A stretch of DNA of 64,000 nt, taken from the NCBI GenBank assembly GCA_036489415.1, contig DASXFS010000014.1, forward strand, positions 52,936-116,935. Direction: 5' to 3'. The stretch is from Terracidiphilus sp. Its GTDB lineage: Bacteria > Acidobacteriota > Terriglobia > Terriglobales > Acidobacteriaceae. The notes under the pieces were generated by a model, which had not been told where the DNA came from, did no database searches, and saw only the letters and a list, made by a program, of their open reading frames with translations. Position 1 is the first letter of the stretch. Each line of letters starts with the position of its first letter. The position numbers and the translations under genes are program-made. This document shows positions 1-10,700 of this stretch, in pieces.

Positions 1-1023
1 TTTTTCTTCAGCGCGGACTCCGCTGGCCAATCGACCGATCGATACCGGCTGCTCTTCGACGCCGCAAAGTTCGCCGACGAGCACGGCTTCGCCGCCGTAT
101 GGACGCCGGAGCGCCACTTCCAGCGGTTTGGCGGCCTCTACGGCAGTCCCGCGGTTACCGGGGCCGCGCTTGCGGTTCTCACCGGGCGCATCGCCATCCG
201 GGCCGGCAGTGTCGTGTTCCCCCTGCAGAACCCGCTGCGCGTTGCCGAAGAATGGGCCATGATCGATAACTTTTCCAACGGCCGGGTCGCCATCGCCGCC
301 GCTTCCGGCTGGAATGTGAACGACTTTGTGCTTTCGCCCGGCACTTACCAGAACCGCTACGAGGATATGTTCCAGAAGCTCGCGTTGATCCAAAAGCTCT
401 GGCGAGGAGAAAAGATTTCGATGCCGAATGGCGCTGGTGTTGCCACTGAAGTCGGTATTCTGCCCGCGCCCATTCAAAAAGAGCTGCCCATCTGGCTGAC
501 CGGTCAATCGGACGACACATTTCTTCATGCGGGCCGGCTCGGCTTCAGCGTTCTCACCGCAAACTTCGCGCTCCGGCACGACATGGCGGAGTTTGTCCGC
601 AAGGTAAAGATCTATCGGGACGCCACCCAGACGCACCACGCCCGCCGCGGCCACGTCACGTTAATGGCGCATTGCTTTGTAGGTCAGCATCAGGACGCCA
701 TCCGGACCATTGCCCGCCCCGCGCTCGCTGCCTACCTCAAAATCAATCTCGACATGCAGAAGGACAATTCATCCGGCAAGCGGGACGAGCATGGCTTCTC
801 TCACCTGAATGAACGCGAGAGCGAAATCATGATCAGAACCCAGGTCAACAACGACCTGCAAAGTCCGTTGAGTTTCGTTGGCACTGTGGAGCATTGTGCC
901 GCCCAGGCTGAACTTCTCCACGCCAGCGGTGCCGATGAGATCGCCTGCCTGATCGACTTTGGAATCGGTTATGAAGACGTGATGGCCAGCCTGCGCCGCC
1001 TGTCCACCTTGCTGCGTCCGTAA
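1..1023 (+). CDS. LLM-class flavin-dependent monooxygenase, MupA/Atu3671 (secondary metabolism) type; 5'-truncated by the window edge
   Basis: Frame 1 is open from base 1: FFFSADS...RYRLLFDAAKFADEHGFAAVWTPERHF..FGGLY..P, then RAGSVVFPLQNPLRVAEEWAMIDNFSNGRV and GADEIACLIDFG, all typical of this family. Confidence 0.85.
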   Translation, partial: FFFSADSAGQSTDRYRLLFDAAKFADEHGFAAVWTPERHFQRFGGLYGSPAVTGAALAVLTGRIAIRAGSVVFPLQNPLRVAEEWAMIDNFSNGRVAIAAASGWNVNDFVLSPGTYQNRYEDMFQKLALIQKLWRGEKISMPNGAGVATEVGILPAPIQKELPIWLTGQSDDTFLHAGRLGFSVLTANFALRHDMAEFVRKVKIYRDATQTHHARRGHVTLMAHCFVGQHQDAIRTIARPALAAYLKINLDMQKDNSSGKRDEHGFSHLNERESEIMIRTQVNNDLQSPLSFVGTVEHCAAQAELLHASGADEIACLIDFGIGYEDVMASLRRLSTLLRP

Positions 1024-1124
1024 CCGTTCCAAGGCCGCCAGGAACAGATGCGCCTGACTGGCAGAAGACGAAAACTATTGAAATCACTGTGCATAAAGCG
1101 CGCTGAATGTTAAAACAGTTGTGA

Positions 1125-2195
1125 ATGCCAAAACGCGCAAAGCCGGGAACCGAACCGCAGCCGGGACAGACCATCAGCCTTCGCACCCTCGGCGAGTATC
1201 TCAACCTCTCGCCGGCCACCATCTCGCTGGTGCTCAACAACGCGCCTGGCGTGCGTTCCATTCCCCAGGAGACCAGGGACCGGGTCACGCAGGCGGCTGC
1301 CAAGTTCGATTACCGGCCCAGCTTCTACGCGCGTTCGTTGCGCAAGCGGCAGACCTTCTCCATAGGCGTGCTGGTGCCGGACCTCAATGACCACTACGCC
1401 ACGCAGGTGCTTTCCGGCATGGAGGAGCTGCTGATCGAAGAGGGCTACTTCTACCTGACCGCAAGCCATCGCCGCAAGCCCGACCTCATTGAAGAGTACC
1501 CGCGTCTGCTGCTGGACCGCTGTGTGGAAGGCTTCATCCTGATCGACACCATGCTGGAGCACGGTTTGAAGCTGCCCGTGGTGGCAGTCGCAGGACATCG
1601 CAAGTTCGAGGGTGTCACCAATGTGGTTCTCGATCAGCGCCGTGCCGCCGAACTGGCTTTGCGCCATCTCTACCAGTTGGGGCACCGCAAAATCGCGTTC
1701 ATGCGTGGTGGCCGCCACAGTTCCGACGCGGACGAACGCTGGGAATGTCAGATGGCCGCGGCACGGGATTTGAAACTGGAAGTCCCCGCCGCGCTCACCG
1801 TCGACATCAAGCTACCGGACTCCACCCCGGAGATGGGCTTTGGTCCGACTGTTGAACTCGTGAATCGCGGCGTCGAATTCACGGCCCTGGTCGCCTACAA
1901 CGATGTGTCCGCTTTTGGAGCCATCCGGGCTCTCGTGGACCATGGGCTGCGCGTGCCGGAAGACGTTTCCGTTGTCGGTTTCGACGACATTCAAAACGCC
2001 GCCTTCCATCACCCCAGCCTGACCACCATTCGTCAGCCCATGAACCAGATGGGCCAGGTGGCAGCGCGCATTCTTCTCCAGCGCATTCGCGGCCAGGCCA
2101 CCTTTCCGGATGCAGTCCCGATCCTGCCCGAGTTGGTGATCAGAGAATCGACCTGTCCGCCAGGCCCGCGCCGTAACCGCGTCAAGCGCATCTGA
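1125..2195 (+). CDS. LacI-family transcriptional regulator
   Basis: N-terminal HTH ([21 protein letters not shown]), hinge [11 protein letters not shown]-terminal [12 protein letters not shown]...PSLTTIRQP. Confidence 0.95.
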   Translation: MPKRAKPGTEPQPGQTISLRTLGEYLNLSPATISLVLNNAPGVRSIPQETRDRVTQAAAKFDYRPSFYARSLRKRQTFSIGVLVPDLNDHYATQVLSGMEELLIEEGYFYLTASHRRKPDLIEEYPRLLLDRCVEGFILIDTMLEHGLKLPVVAVAGHRKFEGVTNVVLDQRRAAELALRHLYQLGHRKIAFMRGGRHSSDADERWECQMAAARDLKLEVPAALTVDIKLPDSTPEMGFGPTVELVNRGVEFTALVAYNDVSAFGAIRALVDHGLRVPEDVSVVGFDDIQNAAFHHPSLTTIRQPMNQMGQVAARILLQRIRGQATFPDAVPILPELVIRESTCPPGPRRNRVKRI

Positions 2196-2240
2196 GGCCA
2201 CGCAAGGCGTCCCAAAGCGACCGAAGTGCGATCAACTCCA

Positions 2241-2277
2241 AAAGCAAAGGGGAGCCTCTGCGGCTCCCCCTTGCTTT
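2241..2277. terminator. Probable bidirectional intrinsic terminator
   Basis: AAAGCAAAGGGGAGCC-TCTGC-GGCTCCCCCTTGCTTT hairpin between convergent genes. Confidence 0.7.
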
Positions 2278-2298
2278 CATTTCGCCATGGCACTCGCG

Positions 2299-4389
2299 CT
2301 ACTGCTTGCCCTCCAACTCATCCGCCAGCGCGTCCGCATGATAGAGCTTGCGCAGCCCCTCCATCATGCCCGCTGAATGCACTGCGACAGCGCGGTTCTT
2401 TGTCCCGTCATACACAAAGTCACCGGCCATGGACTCGATGTTGCCGTCAAAGATCAGCCCCACAAGTTCGCCGTCGCGGTTCACCACCGGCGAGCCGGAG
2501 TTGCCGCCAATAATATCTCCCGTCGAGACGAAATCGAGCGGTGTCGAAAGATCCAGCTTACTCAGTCCAGCCTCTTGTTTCGGCGTCAGGTTAAAGGGTG
2601 CCTTATTGCTGAAGCTGGCCGCGCGATCGTAGAGACCGTAGTAAGTCGTGAAGGGCGGAGCAATGGTGCCATTGTAAGGGTAGCCTGTCACGGTCCCATA
2701 ACTCAGCCGAAGGGTGAACGTAGCGTCGGGATAGACGTCTTTGCCGTAGACCAGGAAGCGAGCCTTGCCCAGCTTTTCACCTTCTTTGGTAAGCACGCTG
2801 CCATACGTATCGCGCAGGCGAATCGTGGTTGCGCGCACGATTGGATCAACCCGGCGCGCGGCCACGATCATGGGATCGGTCGACGAGGCCACAGCGGCTT
2901 CTCCGCCATCGAGCAGCGATTTGCGGAAGGCCGGATCGGCCAGCTTCGTTCCATCGATCATCGAATCGACTGTCTGATCCACATCGCCGCCCTGCAGAAT
3001 CGCCTGAATGTAAGCGTCGTCCTTGCCCAGCTTCTCTTCGCCAAGTTTGAGCGCGCTCGTCATGTAGAGTTTTTCCGTCGGAATCTCGATCGCGGCCGGC
3101 GACAGCATCTGGAATTTGAGCGACGCCAGCCCTGCATCATGGAACTGCGGCAGACGCTCGCCGTCGGGCTTCTTGATCTCGGCCACGTATTGAACGATAT
3201 TCAGCGCCAGCCCGAACAGGCGGCTGTCGGTGCGGTGGAACAGCTCGCCCTTGATCTCCGGTTTCAGTTGTTCTTCCACGCGCGCAATCGTATCCCACGC
3301 GTCGCCGTAGGCTTTTTGCCACTCGGGATTGGCCGCAACCTTGGCGCGGAAGTCCGCTTCCTCCGCCTGCTTCTTCGCCAGAATTACCGGGTTCGCCAGC
3401 GCTTCTTTGCGGCCAATGTAGACCTTGAGGCTGTTTTGCAGGCTGAAGATCGTGCTGCCTACCATCCGTGCCTGTTCCGGCCCTTGTGCGGCAAACGCCT
3501 CGGCGCTGGCCACGCGGCGCTCAAGATACTCAGTCACCGCCGGACCAATTACGTCGCGCTGCATTAGTAACTGGGCCACGGTGTCATCGCGTTCCGTCGA
3601 GCCCGGATGGCCTGAGATGAAGATCAGCTCGCCCGGCGCGGCGCCTTTCGCGCTCCACTTCAAAAAGTTATCCGTATGCAGCGGCTTGCCATTGTCATAG
3701 ACGCGGAACAGCGCCATGTCCAGGTCGTAGCGCGGATACGTGAAGTTATCCGGGTCGCCCCCAAAGAAGGCCGCCTGCTGCTCGGGCGCAAACACCAGGC
3801 GCACGTCGGTGTAGGCCTTGTACTGGTAGAGCCAGTACTCGCCACCCTGGTAGAACGACACCACATCGGAGCGCAGGCCCGTCTTGTCTTTGCTCGCCTT
3901 TTCGATTGCGGCAATCTCGGCGTCGCGCGCCTTCAGCGCCACGGCATCGTCGGCAATGCCTTTCGTCGCGCCCTGCACACGCGCCGTCACGTCCTCCATG
4001 CCCACCAGCACGTTCACTTCAAGATCGGGGGACTTCATCTCCTCGTCCGGCGTGGCCGCATAGAAGCCGTTGAGCAGATAGTCGTGCTCGGCAGTCGAGT
4101 TCTTCTGCAACTGGCCCCGCGCCACGTGATGATTGGTCAGCAGCAGTCCGTTGGAACTCACAAACGAGCCCGATCCGCCGTCGTTGAGCCGAACGCTGGA
4201 CAGCCGCAGATGGTCAAGCCACGCCTGCGTCGGCGTGAAGTTGTACTTAGCCTTGAGCAGTTTCAGCGGCGGGTTGTCGAACGTCCACATACCTTCTTCG
4301 GCATGAACGATAGGTCCCGCGGCCAGTAGAAGCGCGGCGGGAAGCAGGACAGCGGAGCGGAGGTTGCGAGCGAACATCGAATTCCTCAT
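2299..4389 (-). CDS. S46 family dipeptidyl peptidase (DPP7/DPP11-like)
   Basis: Signal peptide, then EEGMW, GSGSFVS..GLLLTNHHV, YPDATFTLRLSYG, DIIGGNSGSPV, GLIFDGN. Confidence 0.95.
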   Translation of the reverse strand: MRNSMFARNLRSAVLLPAALLLAAGPIVHAEEGMWTFDNPPLKLLKAKYNFTPTQAWLDHLRLSSVRLNDGGSGSFVSSNGLLLTNHHVARGQLQKNSTAEHDYLLNGFYAATPDEEMKSPDLEVNVLVGMEDVTARVQGATKGIADDAVALKARDAEIAAIEKASKDKTGLRSDVVSFYQGGEYWLYQYKAYTDVRLVFAPEQQAAFFGGDPDNFTYPRYDLDMALFRVYDNGKPLHTDNFLKWSAKGAAPGELIFISGHPGSTERDDTVAQLLMQRDVIGPAVTEYLERRVASAEAFAAQGPEQARMVGSTIFSLQNSLKVYIGRKEALANPVILAKKQAEEADFRAKVAANPEWQKAYGDAWDTIARVEEQLKPEIKGELFHRTDSRLFGLALNIVQYVAEIKKPDGERLPQFHDAGLASLKFQMLSPAAIEIPTEKLYMTSALKLGEEKLGKDDAYIQAILQGGDVDQTVDSMIDGTKLADPAFRKSLLDGGEAAVASSTDPMIVAARRVDPIVRATTIRLRDTYGSVLTKEGEKLGKARFLVYGKDVYPDATFTLRLSYGTVTGYPYNGTIAPPFTTYYGLYDRAASFSNKAPFNLTPKQEAGLSKLDLSTPLDFVSTGDIIGGNSGSPVVNRDGELVGLIFDGNIESMAGDFVYDGTKNRAVAVHSAGMMEGLRKLYHADALADELEGKQ

Positions 4390-4506
4390 GGGTGGTTGAG
4401 TTAGTAAGTCAGTCGGTCAGAAAGTTATCGAGTCGGCAAGCCTGCGAGTTATTCACAAGCCAACCTGCTAACTCGCTAGCGGCGCAGCCGCACTAACTTG
4501 CTGCGC

Positions 4507-6438
4507 TTACGGCATCACCAGCACTTCAACGCCGCTGGCCGCGTCCTTCTGGTGAAAAACCTGTTCTGTAGCCTTCTGGAAATCCTCTGGCTTGGCAAAC
4601 GGAATGTCGGTAAAAGTTTGCGGATTGCGGTCCGTAAGCGGGAACCAGGAGCTTTGCACCTGCACCATGATGCGGTGCCCGCGCCGGAAGGTATGAAACA
4701 GGTCCGGCATCGTGTAATTGACATCGGCTTCCTTGCCTGGTGTCAGCGCCTCGGGCTTCTCCCAACTGTTGCGGAATTTCGCGCGGAACGGCTCCCCGCG
4801 CAACATTTGCTCATAACCGCCCATATGCAGCGGCGCGGCATCCAGGATACGTTTGTTGCCGTTCATCGACTCGTCCGGGGCAGGATAATTTTCCGGATAA
4901 ACGTCGATGAGCTTCACGTCAAAATCTGAGTCCGTGCCGGAACTGGCAATCTTCAGTTTCGGCGAGATAGGCCCGGCAATCGTCACATCCTCTTCAAGCG
5001 GATCAGTCTCGTATACCAGCACGTCCGGCCTGTAGCTGGCGAAGCGCTGGTCGTCCACCATGTAGCGTTGCGGCACCGTGTCCGTGGTGTAGCCCACAAA
5101 CGGAACCGGATGGCTCGGGTCGCTCACATACTCATCCACGCCCTTGGCTTCCGTGGGCGGCTCAAAGCTCAGCTTGCCGCCGGCCTGGAAGTAGAGCGTC
5201 TTGGCCGTGGCGGCCTTGGGCGGCCATTCGTCAAAGTGGCGCCAGACATTGGCTCCCGTCTCAAACACCACCGCCTTGGGCTGCGCCTCGCCCTTGCCCT
5301 TGAGATAGTGTTCAAAGAAAGGGAACTGAATGTTGGCGCGAAAATACTCAGCCGTCTTGGCGTTGAACTGCGCATCGCCCAGGTGGCTGCCATCGCCGCG
5401 CGCCCAGCCGCCATGCACCCACGGACCCTCCACCAGCGTAGTCGGTGTCTCCGGATTGAACTTGTTGATCGCGTAGAAGGTGCGATAGGGTCCTGACAGA
5501 TCTTCCGCGTCATACCAGCCGCCCACCACCAGCACCGCGCATTTCACATTCTTCATGTGCTGCGACAGATCGCGCGCCTTCCAGTAGGCGTCATACGTGT
5601 CGTGCTTGAACTGGTCGTTGAAAAGCCAGTTCGAGCCCTTCAGGTAGAGCTTGTCGAGATTCGCAATGTTTCCCGCGTCGAGATAAAACCTGTAGTGATC
5701 CGGCGTCCCAAAGTCGAAGGGAATCGTCGGCTTCGGCGTCTGCGGCCCATCCTGCGGGTGGAAGAACGGCGCGTAGAAGCCGAAGTTGGCCGCTAGCATG
5801 AACGCCCCGCCGTGATAAGCGTCGTCGCCCATGAACAGGTCCGTCATCGGCGCCTGCGGGCTGGCCGCAACCAGCGCCGGGTGCGAGTCGATGATGGAGG
5901 CCGAGGTGTAAAACCCCGGATAAGAGATACCCCAGATGCCCACCTTGCCGTTGTTGTCGGGCACATGCTTGAGCAGGAAGTCGATCGTGTCATGCGTGTC
6001 CGAGGCGTCGTCAACGTCCTGCGGCGATTTCTTCTCGTCGATGTGCGGACGCATCTCAACGAAGTCGCCCTCGCTCATCCACCGTCCCCGCACGTCCTGG
6101 TAGACAAAAATATATCCGGCCTTCTCGAACTCTTCCGAGGGGCCAAGGTGGCGCGGATACTCGTCTTCGCCGTAGGGAGCCACGCTGTAAGGCGTGCGGT
6201 CCATCAGAAACGGATAAGGCCCGCCGCCGGCATCTTTGGGCACGTAAACGGCCGTGAACAGGTGCTTGCCGTCGCGCATCGGTATGCGGAACTCATACTT
6301 GGTGTAGTGCGCCCGGACGTAGTCTTCCGTCGGCGCAGTCGGCGCGGCGGCCTGCTGTGCTCCGGCAACGGTGAAGCAAAAAACCAGGGCAATCAGAACG
6401 GCGCAAGGGAGCCGATACAGTCTGTGCATTTTGGGCAA
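4507..6438 (-). CDS. CocE/NonD family hydrolase (alpha-amino acid ester hydrolase-like)
   Basis: IPMRDG, RTPY, QDVRGR..SEG, nucleophile motif WGISYPGF, GPWVHG, signal peptide. Confidence 0.93.
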   Translation of the reverse strand: MPKMHRLYRLPCAVLIALVFCFTVAGAQQAAAPTAPTEDYVRAHYTKYEFRIPMRDGKHLFTAVYVPKDAGGGPYPFLMDRTPYSVAPYGEDEYPRHLGPSEEFEKAGYIFVYQDVRGRWMSEGDFVEMRPHIDEKKSPQDVDDASDTHDTIDFLLKHVPDNNGKVGIWGISYPGFYTSASIIDSHPALVAASPQAPMTDLFMGDDAYHGGAFMLAANFGFYAPFFHPQDGPQTPKPTIPFDFGTPDHYRFYLDAGNIANLDKLYLKGSNWLFNDQFKHDTYDAYWKARDLSQHMKNVKCAVLVVGGWYDAEDLSGPYRTFYAINKFNPETPTTLVEGPWVHGGWARGDGSHLGDAQFNAKTAEYFRANIQFPFFEHYLKGKGEAQPKAVVFETGANVWRHFDEWPPKAATAKTLYFQAGGKLSFEPPTEAKGVDEYVSDPSHPVPFVGYTTDTVPQRYMVDDQRFASYRPDVLVYETDPLEEDVTIAGPISPKLKIASSGTDSDFDVKLIDVYPENYPAPDESMNGNKRILDAAPLHMGGYEQMLRGEPFRAKFRNSWEKPEALTPGKEADVNYTMPDLFHTFRRGHRIMVQVQSSWFPLTDRNPQTFTDIPFAKPEDFQKATEQVFHQKDAASGVEVLVMP

Positions 6439-6621
6439 TGTTCTCCTGAGTGAACAGGGTACTCCACCGAACGGAAATGTGGCACGAAATTACGCCGACC
6501 GCTCTTTGAAGCTCGCGCCTGAAATCATCCCGGAAGATCCCGCCCATATCCGTTTTGGAAGACGTCAGTTTGAGCCGCATCTCATCTTGTGCCCGTTTTG
6601 GGAACATGCTATGGTGTTGAT

Positions 6622-6954
6622 GTGCGCGTCATAGCTCGAAGCACCTTGACCCGGTTCATCGAAGAACTTCAGGGCCACAGAGATCACCGCGCCGTGAAGG
6701 CAGCCCTCGATTCCTGGTTTCAAGAGGCCACGCAAGCCGCATGGAAAAATCCATCCGGCGTAAAGGCCAGCTACGCTCATGCAAGCATTGTTGGAGCCGA
6801 CCGGGTGATCTTCAATATCAAGGGAAACGCGTATCGTTTGGTAGTTGCAGTGGATTACCGCCGAGACATTGTCTTCATCAAGTGGTTGGGAACGCACAAG
6901 GAATACGACGCAATCGACGTCAGGACGGTTCAGCATGCAACTCAAACCCATTAG
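6622..6954 (+). CDS. higB: Type II toxin HigB (mRNA interferase)
   Basis: Probable GTG start VRVIARSTL; motifs RVIFNIKGNAYRLV and WLGTHKEYD; lies upstream of and overlaps the antitoxin. Confidence 0.9.
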   Translation: MRVIARSTLTRFIEELQGHRDHRAVKAALDSWFQEATQAAWKNPSGVKASYAHASIVGADRVIFNIKGNAYRLVVAVDYRRDIVFIKWLGTHKEYDAIDVRTVQHATQTH

Positions 6955-7318
6955 GACTCAAGTGGACCACGAGGCGGCTCTGGCAGAGATTGAGCGCCTG
7001 TGGGGCGCTGAAGAAGGCACCGCGAATGGAGATCGCCTGGATATTCTCACTACTTTGGTAGAGGCATACGAAGAGGCTCATTTTCCCTTGGATATGCCTG
7101 ACCCGATTGAAGCGATCAAGTTCAGACTGGAACAGCAGGGCGAAGACAAGAAGGCGCTGATTGGCATCATTGGCAATCGCACCCGCGTCTATGAAGTCTT
7201 ACGAGGAGACCGGGCTTTGTCGCTGACCATGATCCGGCAATTGAATGAACATCTGAATATCCCTGCTGAAATTCTGATCCGGCCCGTCCGAGTACGGAAA
7301 AGAAAGCAGGCAGCGTGA
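6935..7318 (+). CDS. higA: Antitoxin HigA (HTH)
   Basis: MQLKPIRT..., LVEAYE..HFP..PDPIEAIKFR, HTH ending R.LSLTMIRQL..L.IPAE.L. Confidence 0.9.
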   Translation: MQLKPIRTQVDHEAALAEIERLWGAEEGTANGDRLDILTTLVEAYEEAHFPLDMPDPIEAIKFRLEQQGEDKKALIGIIGNRTRVYEVLRGDRALSLTMIRQLNEHLNIPAEILIRPVRVRKRKQAA

Positions 7319-7774
7319 GTATCCATTCAGCTATGGACCGTAAGCATCCGTGATTTGCGCTCGGGACGCTTTCTCTCGCCTTTCCTGATGGCTCCTTTAT
7401 ACCCAGCGTGTTACAAGCGATAGAACAGAGTTCGAGAGATCTGCGGCAACTGCAACAGCGGCAATAGTTTCACCCCATCGGAATTCGATGGGCCAAACCG
7501 CTTTTTCCGCCTTCTACCCGATTTTTGTTGAATCTTGAGACAATATCGGACAAGATAAGAGTCACTTCAAGGTCCACAGTCCCCACTGCGGCCATTTCTC
7601 GCCAGACTCACGGCAACACAGTGTTTGAGAAAAGCAGCAGGGCGTCTCGTAGCACCATCGGATTTCCCTGAAGAACAAGAACTTCGGTCCGAGTTCAAAA
7701 CGGAACCGCAGTCAAAGAACCACCACAACAGCGTTAAAAAAGCTGTAAAAAACGACAATTCTGGAGGCACCGCA

Positions 7775-10700
7775 GTGAAAAAATTTCTGAAGGGATGGAT
7801 GCTTTTGGGCATCCTTTCCACCGCCGTCCTCGCATTTGGCCAGAATGCAACCACCTCACTTCGCGGAGTAGTCAAGGACCCCAATGGCGCGCTCGTCCCG
7901 GGGGCCAAAATCACGCTCACAGACAAGGCAGACGGGCAGACGTTGAGCGCCGTCGCCAATAGCGCCGGAGAGTACGTCTTCGCGCAGGTTCCTCCGGCCA
8001 GGTACACCATCACGGCCACGGCGGCCGGCTTTGGCGACCAGGTTGAGACCGCCGAATTGCTGGTCAACCAGCCGGCCACCATTGACTTCACGCTCTCCAT
8101 CCAGTCCAGCACCGTCACCGTGGACGTGTCCGCCACGGCCCAGACGTTGAACACCACCGATGCCTCGCTCGGCAACTCCGCGGACAACGCGCTGATTCAG
8201 GCTCTCCCCAGCGAAACCCGCAATGTGCCTGACCTGCTCTCGCTGCAGCCCGGCGTCCTCTACTTGCCGCCCACAATGACTGACAGCCGCAGCGGCTCCG
8301 TCAATGGCGGCCGATCCGACCAGGGCAACGTTACCGTCGATGGCGTGGATGATAACGATCAGGTCGGCGGTTTCGCCTTTACCGGCGTTCTTCGCGAAAC
8401 CCAGGACTCCATCGAAGAATTCCGTGTCACTACCGGCGACGCCAATGCCGACTCCGGCCGTTCCTCCGGCGCGCAGATCAGCATGGTTACCAAGTCCGGC
8501 ACCAACAAGTTTCATGGTGCCGCATACGAGTACAATCGCCCCACAATTACCGTCGCCAATGACTGGTTCAACAAGAACGCCGAAGCTGACAGCGGCGAAC
8601 CCAATATTCCTGGCAAACTGATTCGTAATATCTTCGGCGGCGCCGTGGGCGGCCGCATCGTAAAGGATAAACTCTTTTTCTTTGGCAACTATGAAGGGGA
8701 GCGCCTGGCAGAAAACACCCAGGTCACAGAGACCGTTCCCACTGCTTCTTATCAGCAGGGAAACATCAACTATCCGGATGCCAACAACAATACTCAAATA
8801 ATCACCGCCAGCCAGCTCGCCGTACTTGACGCCGGATGCCAGATTTGCGGTACCGCTGCCTATCCAAATAAGCCCGGCCCCAATCCAAATGTGCTCAAGT
8901 ACTTCAACTCCATGCCCGCGGCCAACGGATTCTCCGAAGGCGATGGCTACACCTCGGGTTCCTTCTCGTTCTCCTCGCCCAATCCCATCAGCCAGAACAC
9001 CAGCATCGCCCGCCTTGACTACGTGCCCAACGATCGGCATCGCGTCTTCGTGCGTGGCAATCTGCAAAAGGATGTGGGCAGCGAACTGCCGGCCATGAAT
9101 AGCGCCATCCAGTTCCCCGGCCAGCCCCCCGCTCATCTGAATGAAGACAACAGCAAGGGAATCACCGGCGGCGACACCTGGATGATCAGATCTAATTTGA
9201 CCAATGATGTTCGCTATGGCTTCGTCCGCCAGGGATATAGCACCCGTGGCATTGCATCCGGCGATTATGTTGACTTCCGCTTTCTTTCCACCAATACAGC
9301 GGAGACTCGCTCAGCCATTACCAGCATTCCCGTAAACAACATCGTCGACAACTTCACCTGGACGAAGGGGAACCACAGCATTCAGGTCGGCGGCAACTGG
9401 CGCCTCATCCACCAGAACCATTCCACGGACCAAAATTCCTATAACGGCGCAACCTCGAATCCCTACTGGCTCGGCGGCAATCCGCCCACGCCAGACGAGG
9501 TCGGCGAGCCGGCACTCAGTGGTGGGTTTAGCAACTCCTATGAGATCGCCTACGCCAATCTGGTCGGAACTATTCCCCAGATCACTGACATCTTCAACTA
9601 CAAGCTCACCAGCCCCACCACCGGCACCGCGCTGGCCGAAGGGTCTTTTATCGATCGGCACTTCAAAGCCAACGAATTCGAATGGTATGCGCAGGACGCG
9701 TGGCGCGCTCAGCCCAATCTCACCATTACCTTCGGCGTTCGTCACACAATCTTGCAGACTCCCTATGAAACCAGTGGACAGCAAGTGACGCCCACCGTCG
9801 ACACCCACGCTTGGTATCTGGCCAGAGAAGCTGCCGCTCAGACCGGCCAGATTAGCGAACCTGATCTACAGTTCGCCCCCGCTGGCCCCTTCTATAACAA
9901 GCCCGGGTTCTGGCCCAAATCCAAAGACAACTTCGCCCCTCGTCTGGCCGTCGCCTACTCCCCTGACGGCAAAACCTCCATACGCGTGGGAGCTGGCATC
10001 TACTACGACCATTACGGCGAGGCGTTGATCAACACCTTTGACCAAAATGGATCCTTCGGCATGAGTTCGCAGATCAGCAATCCGGCCGGAGTCTACGGCA
10101 TTGAAGGCGACTCCAAGCATCTGCCGTCGCCCCGCTTTATTGATAACCGCACCTTACCGCCCATCAATGTAGGTACAGCTCCCACCAACGCAACATTCCC
10201 GTACACAGCGCCGTTGGATAGCTTCTCCATCAGTTGGGGGCTCGACAGCAAAATCAAAACCCCCTACTCGGAGACATTTGACTTCTCCGTGCAACGTGAG
10301 TTGCCCGCCGGCTTCACCCTTGAGACCGCCTACGTGGGTCGCCTTGGCCGCCATCTCCTGCAGCAACTCGATCTGGCTGAGCCGGTCGACTACGTCGATC
10401 CCCAGGGCGGCGGGGACTATTTTGCCGCCGGTTCCAGACTCTCCCACCTCGTCGATTTGAACGGCGGCGCCGATGAGACCAATGGCTCCCTCGACAGTCC
10501 TTCTGTCCCGGCCATCCCCTATTTTGAAGACGTCTTCCCCTTCATGGCCGGCATTGACTACCCCGGTGAAAGCGCCACGCAGGCCATCTACAACAATGAG
10601 TGGGCTCCTTATCGCTCCCAGTACGGTGCCACAACCTCGCTTTCCGACATTGATTTCTACTGCTCCTACGGGTGCCCTCCAGGTTACCAATCGAAGTTCT

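Noticed and set aside
6480-6496. TGGCACG sigma54-like -24 box upstream of higB
   Set aside because: No GC at the required -12 position.
7320-7770. Long TBDR leader examined for a riboswitch (cobalamin, TPP)
   Set aside because: Only short palindromes seen and no recognisable aptamer consensus; an Rfam scan would be needed to exclude it fully.
7625-7774. N-terminal extension of the TBDR ORF (similar extensions on motA, motB, OmpA and the ABC genes)
   Set aside because: Internal starts have an RBS, a signal peptide or translational coupling; the extensions overlap repeats or neighbouring genes.
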